From: Gammaproteobacteria bacterium | GTDB lineage: Bacteria > Pseudomonadota > Gammaproteobacteria > Ga0077554 > Ga007554 | Reading direction: 5' to 3' | NCBI GenBank assembly: GCA_040183005.1 | Contig: JAMPIW010000007.1 | Span: 983,314 to 1,047,313 of the forward strand | Length of the DNA: 64,000 nucleotides | In this document: positions 47,941 through 58,287 of the stretch, piece after piece | How the letters are laid out: the number at the start of each line of letters is the position of its first letter | How positions within the stretch are numbered: the first letter of the stretch is position 1 | Made by a program: the position numbers and the translations under genes | The notes under the pieces: model-generated | Databases searched by the model: none | Told to the model about the DNA's origin: nothing | What the model saw: only the letters and a program-made list of their open reading frames with translations

Positions 47941-50022
47941 TTACTTGCCCACACTCGCCACGACCCTGATCTGCTTGCTGTCGGGAATTTCGTTGTACGA
48001 CAACACATGCAAGCCTGGAATCGAATGCCTCACCAAGCGAGACAGAGGCAGTCGCAATGGCATTGACACCAACAACACCGCAGGCTGTCCTGCAAGCTCC
48101 TGACGTTGCGCGCTTTGCTCCAGCGCAGAATGCATCCTTTCTGCCAGACCCGGCTCTAAACCCATTCCTGCTGAGCCCGGTGCTTGTAATGAGTTTTGCA
48201 ATATCTGTTCCAAATCCGGATCCAACGTAATAACCGCAAGCTCTGGAGCCACCCCATTGATTTGTTGAACAATTAACCTGCTCAGTGCGACGCGTGCGGC
48301 GGCAGTCAATACGGCGGGATCCTGACTTTTTGGCGTGTGCCCTGCCAATGTTTCGGCAATCGTTCGAATATCTCGGATCGGAATGCGCTCTTCCAAAAGG
48401 TTTTGCAATACTTTCAGAACCACACCCAGAGACACCGTATTCGGCACCAAATCCTCAACCAGTTTGGGAGCGGTTTTGGCAAGGCTATTGAGGAGCTGCT
48501 GTACCTCTTCGCGCCCCAGCAACTCCTGCGCGTGACCTTGCAAAATTTGACTGAGATGCGTTGCCACGACGGTGCCGGAATCAACGACGGTATATCCCAG
48601 CGTCTGGGCATGATCACGTTGCGATGGATCTATCCATACAGCCTCCAGCCCAAAGGCTGGATCTTTGCCGGGCATCCCCTGCAATGTGCCGAAAACTTGC
48701 CCTGGATTGATCGCAAGATCGCGCTCCGGGTGAATCTCCGCCTCGCCGATGGTGGCTCCCAGCAAAGTGATGCGATAAGCATTCGGCGCCAGGTCGAGAT
48801 TGTCGCGAATATGTACCGGTGGCACGAGAAAACCGAGATCCTGGGTCAACTTCTTGCGCACACCCTTGATGCGCCCCATGAGTTGCCCGCCCTGATTCTT
48901 GTCCACCATGGGAATCAAGCGATAACCTACTTCAAGGCCGATGGGGTCGACGGGGACGATATCATCCCAACTCAAATCTCGTGATTCGGGTGCGCTTTCG
49001 GTCAGCCTTTCCGCTACCACAGGCAGCGCTTGCGCAGTTTTTTGGCGCTGCGCAATCATATAAGACATCGCTCCCGCCGCCGCCGCCAATGACAGAAACG
49101 CAACATTGGGCATCCCAGGCACCAAGCCTATGGATCCTATGACAGCCGCAGTTACAGCCAATGCACGTGGACTATCAAACAACTGCTTCAGAATCTGCTT
49201 GCCCATATCCTGGGCACTGGAGACACGCGTCACCATGATCGCGGCGGCAACGGACAATAGCAGCGCGGGAATTTGTGTTACCAAGCCATCGCCGATGGTC
49301 AGCAGGGTATAGTTGTGCAATGCCTCGCTTAATGGCATACCATGCTGAAGCACGCCGATCACAAATCCACCAATAACATTCACGAAGAGAATCAATATTC
49401 CGGCGATGGCATCACCGCGCACAAACTTGCTGGCGCCATCCATAGAGCCATAAAAATCCGCCTCCTGAACTCCTTCGGCACGGCGTGCCCTGGCTTCATC
49501 CTGCGTGATCAAACCAGCATTGAGATCGGCATCTATCGCCATTTGCTTTCCCGGCATGGCATCCAGGGTAAAGCGTGCGCTTACTTCTGAAATACGTCCG
49601 GCGCCCTTGGTGACAACAATAAAATTAATGATCACCAAAATTGCAAACACAACCAGGCCAACCGCGTAATTACCCCCCACCACGAAGTCGCCGAATGCTT
49701 CAATGACGTGACCCGCCGCGCCGGTCCCGGTGTGTCCTTCCATCAATATCACACGAGTGGAGGCAATATTCAGCGCAAGCCTCAATAACGTAGCCAGCAG
49801 CAATACTGTGGGAAATGCCGCGAAATCCAGCGGTTTCTGCACATACACCCCAGTCAGCAACACGACCAGTGAAAGAGCGATGCTGAAGGTGAAAAATGTA
49901 TCTAGCATCAGTGGTGGGAGGGGCACCACCATCATAGCCAGAAGCATCATCAGGAACAGTGGAACGCCTAAACCGCGACGGCTAAAGTCACGCAAGCTTT
50001 GTAAAATCATGGTTTGGTTCAT
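47941..50022 (-). CDS. flhA: Flagellar export protein FlhA
   Basis: FTLDAMPGKQMAIDADLNAG, FYGSMDGASKFVRGDA. Confidence 0.98.
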   Translation of the reverse strand: MNQTMILQSLRDFSRRGLGVPLFLMMLLAMMVVPLPPLMLDTFFTFSIALSLVVLLTGVYVQKPLDFAAFPTVLLLATLLRLALNIASTRVILMEGHTGTGAAGHVIEAFGDFVVGGNYAVGLVVFAILVIINFIVVTKGAGRISEVSARFTLDAMPGKQMAIDADLNAGLITQDEARARRAEGVQEADFYGSMDGASKFVRGDAIAGILILFVNVIGGFVIGVLQHGMPLSEALHNYTLLTIGDGLVTQIPALLLSVAAAIMVTRVSSAQDMGKQILKQLFDSPRALAVTAAVIGSIGLVPGMPNVAFLSLAAAAGAMSYMIAQRQKTAQALPVVAERLTESAPESRDLSWDDIVPVDPIGLEVGYRLIPMVDKNQGGQLMGRIKGVRKKLTQDLGFLVPPVHIRDNLDLAPNAYRITLLGATIGEAEIHPERDLAINPGQVFGTLQGMPGKDPAFGLEAVWIDPSQRDHAQTLGYTVVDSGTVVATHLSQILQGHAQELLGREEVQQLLNSLAKTAPKLVEDLVPNTVSLGVVLKVLQNLLEERIPIRDIRTIAETLAGHTPKSQDPAVLTAAARVALSRLIVQQINGVAPELAVITLDPDLEQILQNSLQAPGSAGMGLEPGLAERMHSALEQSAQRQELAGQPAVLLVSMPLRLPLSRLVRHSIPGLHVLSYNEIPDSKQIRVVASVGK

Positions 50023-50073
50023 CTATTACTTATCCGTTGTTAAGCCTCAAAATGGCGGCATGAGGCAACGGCC

Positions 50074-51219
50074 TTACTCATCACGCCGCAATTCATCCGG
50101 TATTGGTAATTCCGCCATCGTTAGCGGTGTTTCATCATATTGAGCGCCAGAGTGTTGACGCTGTTTCAGCTGATAAACATACGCCAGCACTTGCGCCACC
50201 GCCAAATACAGCCCGGCGGGAATGGCATGATTCAATTCCGTACTGTGATGCAGTGCCCGTGCCAGAGGAGGGGCGGAGAGTATTGGGATACGATGCGTGA
50301 CGGCGACCGTACGTATCTGCAGAGCGATGAGATCAGCGCCTTTGGCCACCACCACCGGTGAGCGCATTTTATCCGGGTCATAACGCAACGCCACGGCATA
50401 GTGAGTCGGGTTGGTAACGATTACATCGGCTTTTGGAATTTCCGCCATCATGCGGCGGCGCGCCATCTCGCGCTGCTGACTACGAATGCGTCCCTTGACC
50501 TCTGGATTTCCGTCCGTTTCCTTGAATTCTTCCTTGATTTCCTGATGGGTCATCTTGAGCTTTCGGGAGTGATCCCAAATCTGGAACGGCACATCAACCG
50601 CAGCTATCAGCACCATCGTGCCGCTTAACGCAAGAAATGACCATCCCAGCAAGCTCGCTACATGGCCCAGGGCATTAGGCAAAGGCTCATCACCCAGACC
50701 GACAAAATCCCCCGCCATGTTCCATAACAGCACTACGGCAGCAGCGCCCAACACTATGAACTTCGCAAACGCCTTCACCAGCTCCATCAAACCATGCGGC
50801 CCAAAGATACGTTTCAGGCCGGATAGCGGACTAAGTTTTTCCCATTTAAACCCCAAGGCCTCGCTGCTGAATGACCAGCCGCCCAGTGCCAGCGGTGCAA
50901 GCAATGCGGCCACTATCATCAGAACAAGGAAAGGCGCCAAAGCAGTCAGGGCGTCCGCCACGGATTGCTCAAGAAGCTGCAACATGGCGCCAGGGTTAAA
51001 TACATTTTCCCGGCTGATATGGAAATTGTGGCGCATGGAGTCCAGCAGCCCCGATGTTATCCGGCCACCCAGCACCAGGAATCCACCGGCGGAGGCCAGT
51101 AACATTACCGTCGAGTTGAGATCCAGGGAACGGGCGATTTGCCCCTTTTCTCGCGCCTCCTGGAGGCGCTTGGGAGTCGCCTGTTCAGTGCGTTCCTGGC
51201 CGCTGTCTTTCTCTGCCAT
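50074..51219 (-). CDS. flhB: Flagellar export protein FlhB
   Basis: QERTEQATPKRL; NPTH autocleavage site. Confidence 0.98.
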   Translation of the reverse strand: MAEKDSGQERTEQATPKRLQEAREKGQIARSLDLNSTVMLLASAGGFLVLGGRITSGLLDSMRHNFHISRENVFNPGAMLQLLEQSVADALTALAPFLVLMIVAALLAPLALGGWSFSSEALGFKWEKLSPLSGLKRIFGPHGLMELVKAFAKFIVLGAAAVVLLWNMAGDFVGLGDEPLPNALGHVASLLGWSFLALSGTMVLIAAVDVPFQIWDHSRKLKMTHQEIKEEFKETDGNPEVKGRIRSQQREMARRRMMAEIPKADVIVTNPTHYAVALRYDPDKMRSPVVVAKGADLIALQIRTVAVTHRIPILSAPPLARALHHSTELNHAIPAGLYLAVAQVLAYVYQLKQRQHSGAQYDETPLTMAELPIPDELRRDE

Positions 51220-51222
51220 GAC

Positions 51223-52002
51223 TTACGTACCTCCCGCTACCATTTTCTGCATCAGGGCAAAGACATCGCTCATGAGATTATTTAATTGAGGAGAAATAAC
51301 CGGCAACGTCACAAGCATGACAACGATGCCCAGCAATAGCGTGATCGGGAATCCAATCGAAAAAATATTCAGTTGAGGAGAAGCGCGCGTCATGACGCCG
51401 AAGGCAATGTTCGCCACCAGCAACGCGGTAACAGCAGGCAGGGAAATAAGCACTGCGCCGGAAAACATATGACCACCCCAGATGACGAGATCCCACACGC
51501 CACTCATCGCCAATCCAGTCGGACCGACAGGCAAGGTACGAAAACTATCGGCGAGCACTTCAAGCAATACCAAATGGCCGTTGAAGCCAAGAAATATCAG
51601 TGTCACCAACACCTGGTAAAACTGGCTCACTACCGGCACCTGGACGCCATTCAGTGGATCCACCATTGAAGCAAAGCCCAACCCCATGGATTGCCCGATC
51701 AACTGCCCGGCCAATACAAAAGCACCAAAAACCAGCTTCAAGGAAAACCCCATTGCCAGGCCAATCAACACCTGCTGAATCACAATCATCAATCCCGCAG
51801 AGCTGAGAGGATCAACCACCGGAACAGGAGGCAGCACTGGGGCGATCACCAGTGTCAACGCTACGGAAAATCCCACGCGGATGCGCACCGGCACGCTTTG
51901 CGCTCCAAACACCGGAGCCATTGCCACCAATGCCATAACGCGGAACAAGGGCCAGAGATACATGCCGATCCATGAGGCGATTTCAGCGCTGGTAAATTGC
52001 AT
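51223..52002 (-). CDS. fliR: Flagellar export protein FliR
   Basis: AGQLIGQSMGLGFA...PQLNIFSIGFP. Confidence 0.96.
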   Translation of the reverse strand: MQFTSAEIASWIGMYLWPLFRVMALVAMAPVFGAQSVPVRIRVGFSVALTLVIAPVLPPVPVVDPLSSAGLMIVIQQVLIGLAMGFSLKLVFGAFVLAGQLIGQSMGLGFASMVDPLNGVQVPVVSQFYQVLVTLIFLGFNGHLVLLEVLADSFRTLPVGPTGLAMSGVWDLVIWGGHMFSGAVLISLPAVTALLVANIAFGVMTRASPQLNIFSIGFPITLLLGIVVMLVTLPVISPQLNNLMSDVFALMQKMVAGGT

Positions 52003-52028
52003 GGTAAGAAACCACTCGTGGGGGGCGC

Positions 52029-52054
52029 GGAGCGGGATTCAAACCCGTCCCTAC
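52029..52054 (-). repeat. GTAG-type REP-like palindrome
   Basis: GTAGGGACGGGTTTGAATCCCGCTCC between fliQ and fliR. Confidence 0.45.
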
Positions 52055-52324
52055 TCAGCCTATCAATACAGGAATACTCTCTATCAAGCGCCGCATATAA
52101 TCCACCAATCGCTCCAACAGCCATGGCCCGGCTATTACGAATGTCAGCAATGTGACAAGAAGTTTCGGCACAAAGCTGAGCGTGACTTCGTTGATTTGGG
52201 TTGCCGCCTGGAACATGCTCACCAGCAAACCAACCGCCAGTGCGGGAAGCAGCAAAACCGCAAGCAACAGCACACAGACTTCCAGAGCCTCCTTTCCTAC
52301 GGTGACAACTGTTTCTGGGGTCAT
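52055..52324 (-). CDS. fliQ: Flagellar export protein FliQ
   Basis: FQAATQINEVTLSFVPK. Confidence 0.96.
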   Translation of the reverse strand: MTPETVVTVGKEALEVCVLLLAVLLLPALAVGLLVSMFQAATQINEVTLSFVPKLLVTLLTFVIAGPWLLERLVDYMRRLIESIPVLIG

Positions 52325-52337
52325 GACACAATTCCGA

Positions 52338-53075
52338 TTAATTAAAGCTTGCCGCCAGCGTCCCGATAATCAACGCCCAGCCATCGACAAGCACAAACAA
52401 CATGATTTTGAACGGCAAGGAGATCACCATCGGCGATAACATCATCATACCCATTGCCATCAACACACTGGCAACCACCAGATCAATAATCAAAAATGGA
52501 ATAAAAATCAGAAATCCAATCTGGAAGGCCGTCTTTAATTCGCTGGTAACGAATGCCGGCACAAGCAGGGAAAACGGCACAGCCTCGGGTGATTCAATGC
52601 CATCCCGGCCTGAAATGTGTGTAAACAATTCAAGGTCGCTATCGCGGGTTTGCCCAAGCATGAAGTCCCGGAAAGGTGCCCTGGCGATGTTAATCGCCTC
52701 CTGGGCGGATATTTTTTCATCCATATAGGGAGTCAGCGCTTCCTGATTCACCTTGTCGAATACCGGCGCCATGATGAAAAATGTCAGAAACAATGCCAGG
52801 CCAAGCAGGGTTTGATTGGTCGGTGTCGCGCCCGTACCTAATGCCTGGCGCAGAATTGCCAGCACAATGATGATGCGCGTAAACGATGTCATCATGAGTA
52901 ATGCTGCCGGCAACATGGACAGCAGCGTCATGAACAACAGTGTCTGGATGCTCACGGTATAGGTCTGCGCACCGTTGGCACCAGCCGTTACTGTAGCCAC
53001 ATCCAGCCCTGGTGCCGCCATGGCTGATCCCAGCGGCACGAGCATGGCAAGAATCACGAACAGGCCGTGCTTCAT
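52338..53075 (-). CDS. fliP: Flagellar export protein FliP
   Basis: [42 protein letters not shown]. Confidence 0.97.
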   Translation of the reverse strand: MKHGLFVILAMLVPLGSAMAAPGLDVATVTAGANGAQTYTVSIQTLLFMTLLSMLPAALLMMTSFTRIIIVLAILRQALGTGATPTNQTLLGLALFLTFFIMAPVFDKVNQEALTPYMDEKISAQEAINIARAPFRDFMLGQTRDSDLELFTHISGRDGIESPEAVPFSLLVPAFVTSELKTAFQIGFLIFIPFLIIDLVVASVLMAMGMMMLSPMVISLPFKIMLFVLVDGWALIIGTLAASFN

Positions 53076-53566
53076 GACTGTTTTCGCTGCTTGATTGCCA
53101 GGCTCAGCCGTTCGGCAAAGCCTCTTGCATCACCCGCCACCAGTTTTCCGAACAGATTATCTGGCGATTCATTTGGTGAGGATGGCGTCAATCGCACTGG
53201 ATGCTCCAGGCGATGCAGCGCTTGCACCCGTCCCGGAGCCACCCCGATCAACAATTGCTCTTCTCCCACCTGCAACAACACGACCCGCTCACGGGGGCCA
53301 ACAGACAGGCCGCCCAGAATTTTTAGAGATCCACTCGCCGAGGATTGAAAACGGCCATAGCGACGCAGCATCCATGCAATGCCAACAATAACCAGCAAAA
53401 CCACCAGCAATCCCAGTGTTACTTGCAATAAACTCCCGGTGGAAACACCTGCCGGAACGGATCCACCGCCGGCAGGACCCACCTTTTCCACGGCGAAGGA
53501 CATGGCTGGCCATAACAAACTCCCAGCCAGAAGAAAACCGCCACACGCAAGATATTTACTCTTCAT
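53072..53566 (-). CDS. fliO: Flagellar protein FliO
   Basis: TM plus [23 protein letters not shown]. Confidence 0.92.
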   Translation of the reverse strand: MKSKYLACGGFLLAGSLLWPAMSFAVEKVGPAGGGSVPAGVSTGSLLQVTLGLLVVLLVIVGIAWMLRRYGRFQSSASGSLKILGGLSVGPRERVVLLQVGEEQLLIGVAPGRVQALHRLEHPVRLTPSSPNESPDNLFGKLVAGDARGFAERLSLAIKQRKQS

Positions 53567-54018
53567 TATCTCAACTTTTTTACGCGTTCAGCGGGGCTAA
53601 TAACATCAGTTAAACGTATCCCGAATTTCTCATTGACCACGACCACCTCGCCGTGTGCAATCAATGTCCCATTGACCATAACATCCATCGGTTCACCCGC
53701 TAAACGGTCGAGCTCAACGACAGAACCCTGATTGAGCTGCAACAAGTGGCGGATACTGATCAGGGTGCGTCCAATCTCCATCGAAAGGGTAACAGGAACA
53801 TCCAAAATCACATCCATGTTCACTTCTCCCGGCGACCCCGAAAAGGAGGTCTCCGGCTGCAACTCATGGAATTGCGCACGGGAATAGTCCGTATTTCCGG
53901 AGCCGGACGCTCCTCCACCATTGGACTGCGCCGGGATTGGCGTGGCCTCCTGTTCCGCCAGCGCTGCGGCCCATTCATCCGCTATATCAACATCCATCGT
54001 GCCACCGTCCTCGCTCAT
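53566..54018 (-). CDS. fliN: Flagellar switch protein FliN
   Basis: DEWAAAL; ILDVPVTLSMEIG...GEVVVVNEKFGIRL. Confidence 0.97.
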   Translation of the reverse strand: MSEDGGTMDVDIADEWAAALAEQEATPIPAQSNGGGASGSGNTDYSRAQFHELQPETSFSGSPGEVNMDVILDVPVTLSMEIGRTLISIRHLLQLNQGSVVELDRLAGEPMDVMVNGTLIAHGEVVVVNEKFGIRLTDVISPAERVKKLR

Positions 54019-54032
54019 AACATTCTCCTGGT

Positions 54033-55037
54033 CTATTTACTTTGACCCGACTGGGATGACCCTTGATGTTTTATAGACTCCACTATCTTGATCGCACTGT
54101 ACCCTTCTGATACTCCAAACCTGCCACGGAACACTGGAATATCTTCAGCACGCAACATTACCGTTTCAGGAATCTCCACGGGGATCACATCGCCTGCTTT
54201 CATTTTAAGCAAATCTCTCAAACTAATATTGGTTTCTGTCAGAACGCTGCTGATCTCCACCTTGGCTTCCTTTATTTCATCCCGTAGCGCAACCAACCAG
54301 CGCTCGTCAACATCGGAGCGGTCACTTTGCATTCCCGCATCGAGCACATCACGGATAGGCTCGATCATCGAATAGGGAAATGTTACGTGCAGATCTCCCC
54401 CTCCTCCATCAAGCTCAATATGGAAGGTGCTGACAACAACCACCTCAGTAGGACTAACAATATTGGCAAACTGCGGATTCACTTCCGAGTTGATATATTC
54501 AAAATCAACGGGCATCACCGGCATCCAGGCTTCTTTGAGATCCTTGAATACCTGCTGCAGAACCATCTGAATGACGCGCATCTCGGTTGGCGTGAATTCT
54601 CTCCCCTCGATCCTCGTGTAAAACCGCCCCTCTCCCCCAAAAAAATTGTCTACTACAATAAAAACCAATTTTGGATCAAAGATGAATAGCGCTGTCCCCC
54701 TCAGCGGGTTAACGCGAACAAGGTTCAAGCTGGTAGGAACAAACAAGCTGTGTACATATTCCGCAAACTTGAGCATTTGCACACCGCTTACGGAAATTTC
54801 AGGAGAGCGGCGCAGCATGTTGAAAAGGCTGATGCGAAAGTGACGGGCAAATCTTTCATTGATCATCTCCAGAGTGGGAAGTCGCCCACGCACAATGCGA
54901 TCCTGGCTGGCAAAATTATAGTTGCGCGCCGTCCCATCCGACGCAAGATCGCCTCCATCGGTCTCGACGTCCCCGCTATCGACACCATGCAACAGCGCAT
55001 CAATTTCATCCTGGGAAAGAATATCTGTGACTGACAT
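54033..55037 (-). CDS. fliM: Flagellar switch protein FliM
   Basis: DILSQDEIDALL, QDRIVRGRLPTLE. Confidence 0.97.
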   Translation of the reverse strand: MSVTDILSQDEIDALLHGVDSGDVETDGGDLASDGTARNYNFASQDRIVRGRLPTLEMINERFARHFRISLFNMLRRSPEISVSGVQMLKFAEYVHSLFVPTSLNLVRVNPLRGTALFIFDPKLVFIVVDNFFGGEGRFYTRIEGREFTPTEMRVIQMVLQQVFKDLKEAWMPVMPVDFEYINSEVNPQFANIVSPTEVVVVSTFHIELDGGGGDLHVTFPYSMIEPIRDVLDAGMQSDRSDVDERWLVALRDEIKEAKVEISSVLTETNISLRDLLKMKAGDVIPVEIPETVMLRAEDIPVFRGRFGVSEGYSAIKIVESIKHQGSSQSGQSK

Positions 55038-55042
55038 GGCCG

Positions 55043-55579
55043 TTATTGCATCACAAAACTGGTGAAATAAACTGCTTCCACACCGGTGGATCCTGTTTGC
55101 TCTTTCATGATCTTCTGGATTTCCTTCAAGGCATCGGCGCGAATCTTTTCCTTTCCTTGACGTGTGCTGACGCTTTCGGGCGTCTGGGTGCCAAACAACA
55201 TAACGAGATTGTTGCGTATCAATGGCGTATGTGTTTTGACGGCCTCGATCACGAGCGGATCACGCGCCATTACCTCCACGGTAATCTGCAAAAATCGCAC
55301 GGAAGATTCATCCTGGAAATTCACAACAAATGCCGGATCAAGGGCGAAATAAACTGCCGGCGCTTTGTTATGTTTATCGCCACCGGCTTCCTTGTGCCCT
55401 TCTGATGCACTTTTGCCGTGGCCACCCCCTCCGCTCATGAATATTGCAGCCCCGGCGCCACCTCCTGCTAGAACCAGTGCACCGACAACAATAAGGACAA
55501 TTTTCACAACCGGAGATTTTTTCTTCGCCGGTTTCTTATCATCCGCACTATCGTCTTTGTCCAATTTTTCGACCGCCAT
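55043..55579 (-). CDS. fliL: Flagellar basal-body protein FliL
   Basis: Single TM, FVVNF...RFLQI...VYFTSFVMQ; start placed at ATG 55579, downstream of the sigma54 site. Confidence 0.93.
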   Translation of the reverse strand: MAVEKLDKDDSADDKKPAKKKSPVVKIVLIVVGALVLAGGGAGAAIFMSGGGGHGKSASEGHKEAGGDKHNKAPAVYFALDPAFVVNFQDESSVRFLQITVEVMARDPLVIEAVKTHTPLIRNNLVMLFGTQTPESVSTRQGKEKIRADALKEIQKIMKEQTGSTGVEAVYFTSFVMQ

Positions 55580-55626
55580 TGCGCTGGGCCCTTTCTGATC
55601 AACCAAGTATTTCTTGATATGATCAA

Positions 55627-55642
55627 AGCAAGCGCCATGCCA
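55627..55642 (-). promoter_or_regulatory. Sigma54 (-24/-12) promoter of the fliL operon
   Basis: TGGCAT-GGCGC-TTGCT matches TGGCAY-N5-TTGCW, 48 bp upstream of the fliL ATG. Confidence 0.8.
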
Positions 55643-55811
55643 TACACGGAAAAAGAATTTATCATTAAACAATCATGCGGTTATGATTTGATCAAGAAAT
55701 GATGTCAGCAAATTGACAGGAAAAGGGGGAGACTCTGCCGAAAATATGGCGGGGGATTTCTGGGGCTAATGGATGAGAGTTTTTAAATACGTCTTAGGTT
55801 CTGTTGACGTT

Positions 55812-56567
55812 TCATCTCAGCCACAAAAGTACCGCCGCAAAAGATAGCATTCCCATGTAATTAACAGCTTTTTTCTCATATCGAGTAGCAATCCGGCGAT
55901 AATGCTTGAGCTTGCCAAACATGCATTCGACGGCATGTCGCTCCTTATAAAGCCAATAATCACAGTCAATTTTCTCTTTTCGGTTCGACTTCGGCGGAAT
56001 CACAACCTCTATCCCACGCGCCTTTAACCACGCGCGCAGCTCGTTTGTGTCGTAGCCTTTATCCGCCAGAAGTGCTGATGTTTGGATGCCTTCCAGCAGC
56101 GGTATTGCGACCGTGCACTCCGCCGTTTGGCCACCCGTCAGAATGAATTCAATCGGCATGCCAAGTGCATCACAGGCCGCATGAATCTTACAGCTAAACC
56201 CACCTTTGGAGCGCCCCAGCGCTTCTTTTTCAGCCGAACTGCCCGCCGCGCCTGCGGCACAGGCGTGCGCTCTTGTCACCGTTCCATCAATAGAAACATC
56301 TTGTAAATCAGCATCTTCGGAAAAATAAGTGAGCAATCTATCCCATGCGCCATTCGCACACCAACGTGAGTATCGCTTGAAGACGCTATTCCATTTGCCA
56401 TGCTCTGGCGGCAGCGTCCGCCACTGCGCGCCGGTGCGCAGTATCCACAATGATGCGCCCATAAATCGCCTGCATTTATCGGGCGATCCGAGATGCACGC
56501 CCGTCAATTTAGTTAAGTGTGACAATATACGCACCCACTCACTATCGCTTATTTTGGTTCTGTCCAT
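55812..56567 (-). CDS. IS5-family transposase
   Basis: LWILRTGAQWR, IDGT, KIHAACD, ADKGYD, YKERHAVECMFGKLK...RYEK. Confidence 0.93.
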   Translation of the reverse strand: MDRTKISDSEWVRILSHLTKLTGVHLGSPDKCRRFMGASLWILRTGAQWRTLPPEHGKWNSVFKRYSRWCANGAWDRLLTYFSEDADLQDVSIDGTVTRAHACAAGAAGSSAEKEALGRSKGGFSCKIHAACDALGMPIEFILTGGQTAECTVAIPLLEGIQTSALLADKGYDTNELRAWLKARGIEVVIPPKSNRKEKIDCDYWLYKERHAVECMFGKLKHYRRIATRYEKKAVNYMGMLSFAAVLLWLR

Positions 56568-56572
56568 GCCAA

Positions 56573-57696
56573 GGCGCGCTCAAAAACCAAGTGCAACATT
56601 TTTAGGGGATAATGTTGCATGGGAAAAAACTACGATCAATTGAGTATTGAAGAGCGGGCAATGATACAAACGCAACTGGAGATGGGGGTCAAACCTGCCG
56701 CAATTGCCAAGTCCATAACCCGGTCAGCCTCTACCGTCTCACGTGAACTTCGGCGCAATGGCTGGAGCCGCCCGAAAACGCCTCGCGGCCCTGGACGACC
56801 GGCTGTGGCGGGAGGCTATCGTGCCGAGGCAGCCCACAAACGTGCGCATGGCTGCACGATCAAGCCGCGTGTTGAGGGTCGCCTGCGACTGGGAACCACG
56901 CTGTGGGATTCAGTCATGCGCCACCTGAAAGCAGGCTACTCACCGGAGCAGATTGCTGGCACACTGGCGCTTGTGCATCCAGATACCCCTACCTTGCAGG
57001 TTTCCCATGAGACCATCTACACCGCCATCTACGCCATGCCGCGTGGCGAACTGCGCACGGAAGTGATTGGCTGGTTGCGTTTCGGCCATGCCAAGCGCCG
57101 TCCCCGTGCGCGTGGCGAAGACCGGCGCGGACGGATTCCTGACATGGTCAGCATTCATGACCGTCCGCCTGAGATTGAAGAGCGGTTGATCCCGGGCCAC
57201 TGGGAGGGTGACTTCATCAAGGGCGCGCATAATCGCTCATCTGTCGGTACGCTGGTGGAACGGACCACGCTGTTCACGGTACTGGCAAAAATGGAAAATG
57301 CCACTGCTGAGGCGACGTTGACCGGCTTCAGTCATGTGCTCAACCGCATTGATGCGCAAAAGCGCCTCTCGTTGACGTACGATCAAGGCAGGGAAATGGC
57401 GGCACACCAACGGCTGACAGAAACCACAGGGGTGAAAGTATATTTTGCCGATCCACACAGCCCCTGGCAGCGCGGCATCAACGAGAATACCAATGGTCTG
57501 TTGCGGCAGTACCTGCCCAAGGGGAGTGACTTGAGTGGTTTCACGCAGGAGGAGCTGGATGCGATTGCCTGGCAACTCAATACCCGACCACGCAAGTCAC
57601 TGGGCTTCAAATGCCCAGCCGAGTTGTTTACACCAGACTCTTTCGATTTCAGGCAGCATCACGCTGCGCTTTTTGCACTTGGTCATTGAAACCGCC
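56573..57696 (+). mobile_element. IS30-family element nested in the IS5
   Basis: 24-bp IRs matching 19/24 (GGCGCGCTCAAAAACCAAGTGCAA / TTGCACTTGGTCATTGAAACCGCC); 3-bp duplication CAA. Confidence 0.88.
56619..57689 (+). CDS. IS30-family transposase
   Basis: STVSRELRRN, SPEQIAG, GHWEGD, TYDQGREM, PWQRGINENTNGLLRQYLPKG. Confidence 0.96.
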   Translation: MGKNYDQLSIEERAMIQTQLEMGVKPAAIAKSITRSASTVSRELRRNGWSRPKTPRGPGRPAVAGGYRAEAAHKRAHGCTIKPRVEGRLRLGTTLWDSVMRHLKAGYSPEQIAGTLALVHPDTPTLQVSHETIYTAIYAMPRGELRTEVIGWLRFGHAKRRPRARGEDRRGRIPDMVSIHDRPPEIEERLIPGHWEGDFIKGAHNRSSVGTLVERTTLFTVLAKMENATAEATLTGFSHVLNRIDAQKRLSLTYDQGREMAAHQRLTETTGVKVYFADPHSPWQRGINENTNGLLRQYLPKGSDLSGFTQEELDAIAWQLNTRPRKSLGFKCPAELFTPDSFDFRQHHAALFALGH

Positions 57697-57891
57697 CAAC
57701 CTAAAACGGCGGATTCTACCAAAACCGCGAAACGTCAACAGAACCTAAGAGACTGTCCAAATTTACGTGGCCAATTACAATACGATTTCGGTAAGTGATA
57801 AAGTCAGCAGCACATTCAAAATTCTTCGGCTTGACAAATGACTCGAACACGCTCTTAATAAACTCACGTGACCTTTAATGGCCAAATTATC

Positions 57892-58287
57892 ATGCGCCGA
57901 CTCGCAAGACAGTCTCTGTTGCTATTTGTTGTGCTGCATCTCGTGACGATGCCGGCCCATGCCCAGCTTGCGTGCATCAAGGCCTGTGCGGCTCATGCGG
58001 GACATACCCATACCTCTCCCGCTCATGCACATCATATGGATGCGCATGGTGTGCAGCACGCCGACAAGTCCCATGATGTCGCGGCACATGACCTTGCCAA
58101 GAAGGCCAAGCCCTGCGGTTGCGACGCCAGTCACTGCGCTGGTGGAGCGAATTGCTGCATGGCCCTCATGCCCGGCTTCACCCTCGCCTTGCCGGCGCCG
58201 GACATGCCGGGCGCAGAGGTTCCCTGCCGTCTCGTCGGCACGCCCATCCCTCCCAAACTCCGACCTCCACTCTCTTCTCCCACCTGA
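57892..58287 (+). CDS. Exported His/Cys-rich metal-binding protein (CopL/DUF2946-like)
   Basis: Signal peptide, His-rich tract, CGC...HC...CC, C-terminal RPP; directly upstream of copA. Confidence 0.6.
   Translation: MRRLARQSLLLFVVLHLVTMPAHAQLACIKACAAHAGHTHTSPAHAHHMDAHGVQHADKSHDVAAHDLAKKAKPCGCDASHCAGGANCCMALMPGFTLALPAPDMPGAEVPCRLVGTPIPPKLRPPLSSPT

Larger units (their letters stand above)
55797..57745 (-). mobile_element. IS5-family element (IS427-like; 822 bp without the nested IS30)
   Basis: Perfect IRs GGTTCTGTTGACGTTTC / GAAACGTCAACAGAACC; TA duplicated on both sides. Confidence 0.9.

Noticed and set aside
35963-55579. Flagellar/chemotaxis gene content as a novelty
   Set aside because: Gene order fliL-R, flhBAF, flhG, fliA, cheYZAB, motCD, parA, cheW x2, DUF2802 is the standard polar-flagellum arrangement.
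57746-57765. GAGACTGTCC next to the IS5 end as the terminus of a third IS
   Set aside because: No partner inverted repeat or transposase was found in the window.
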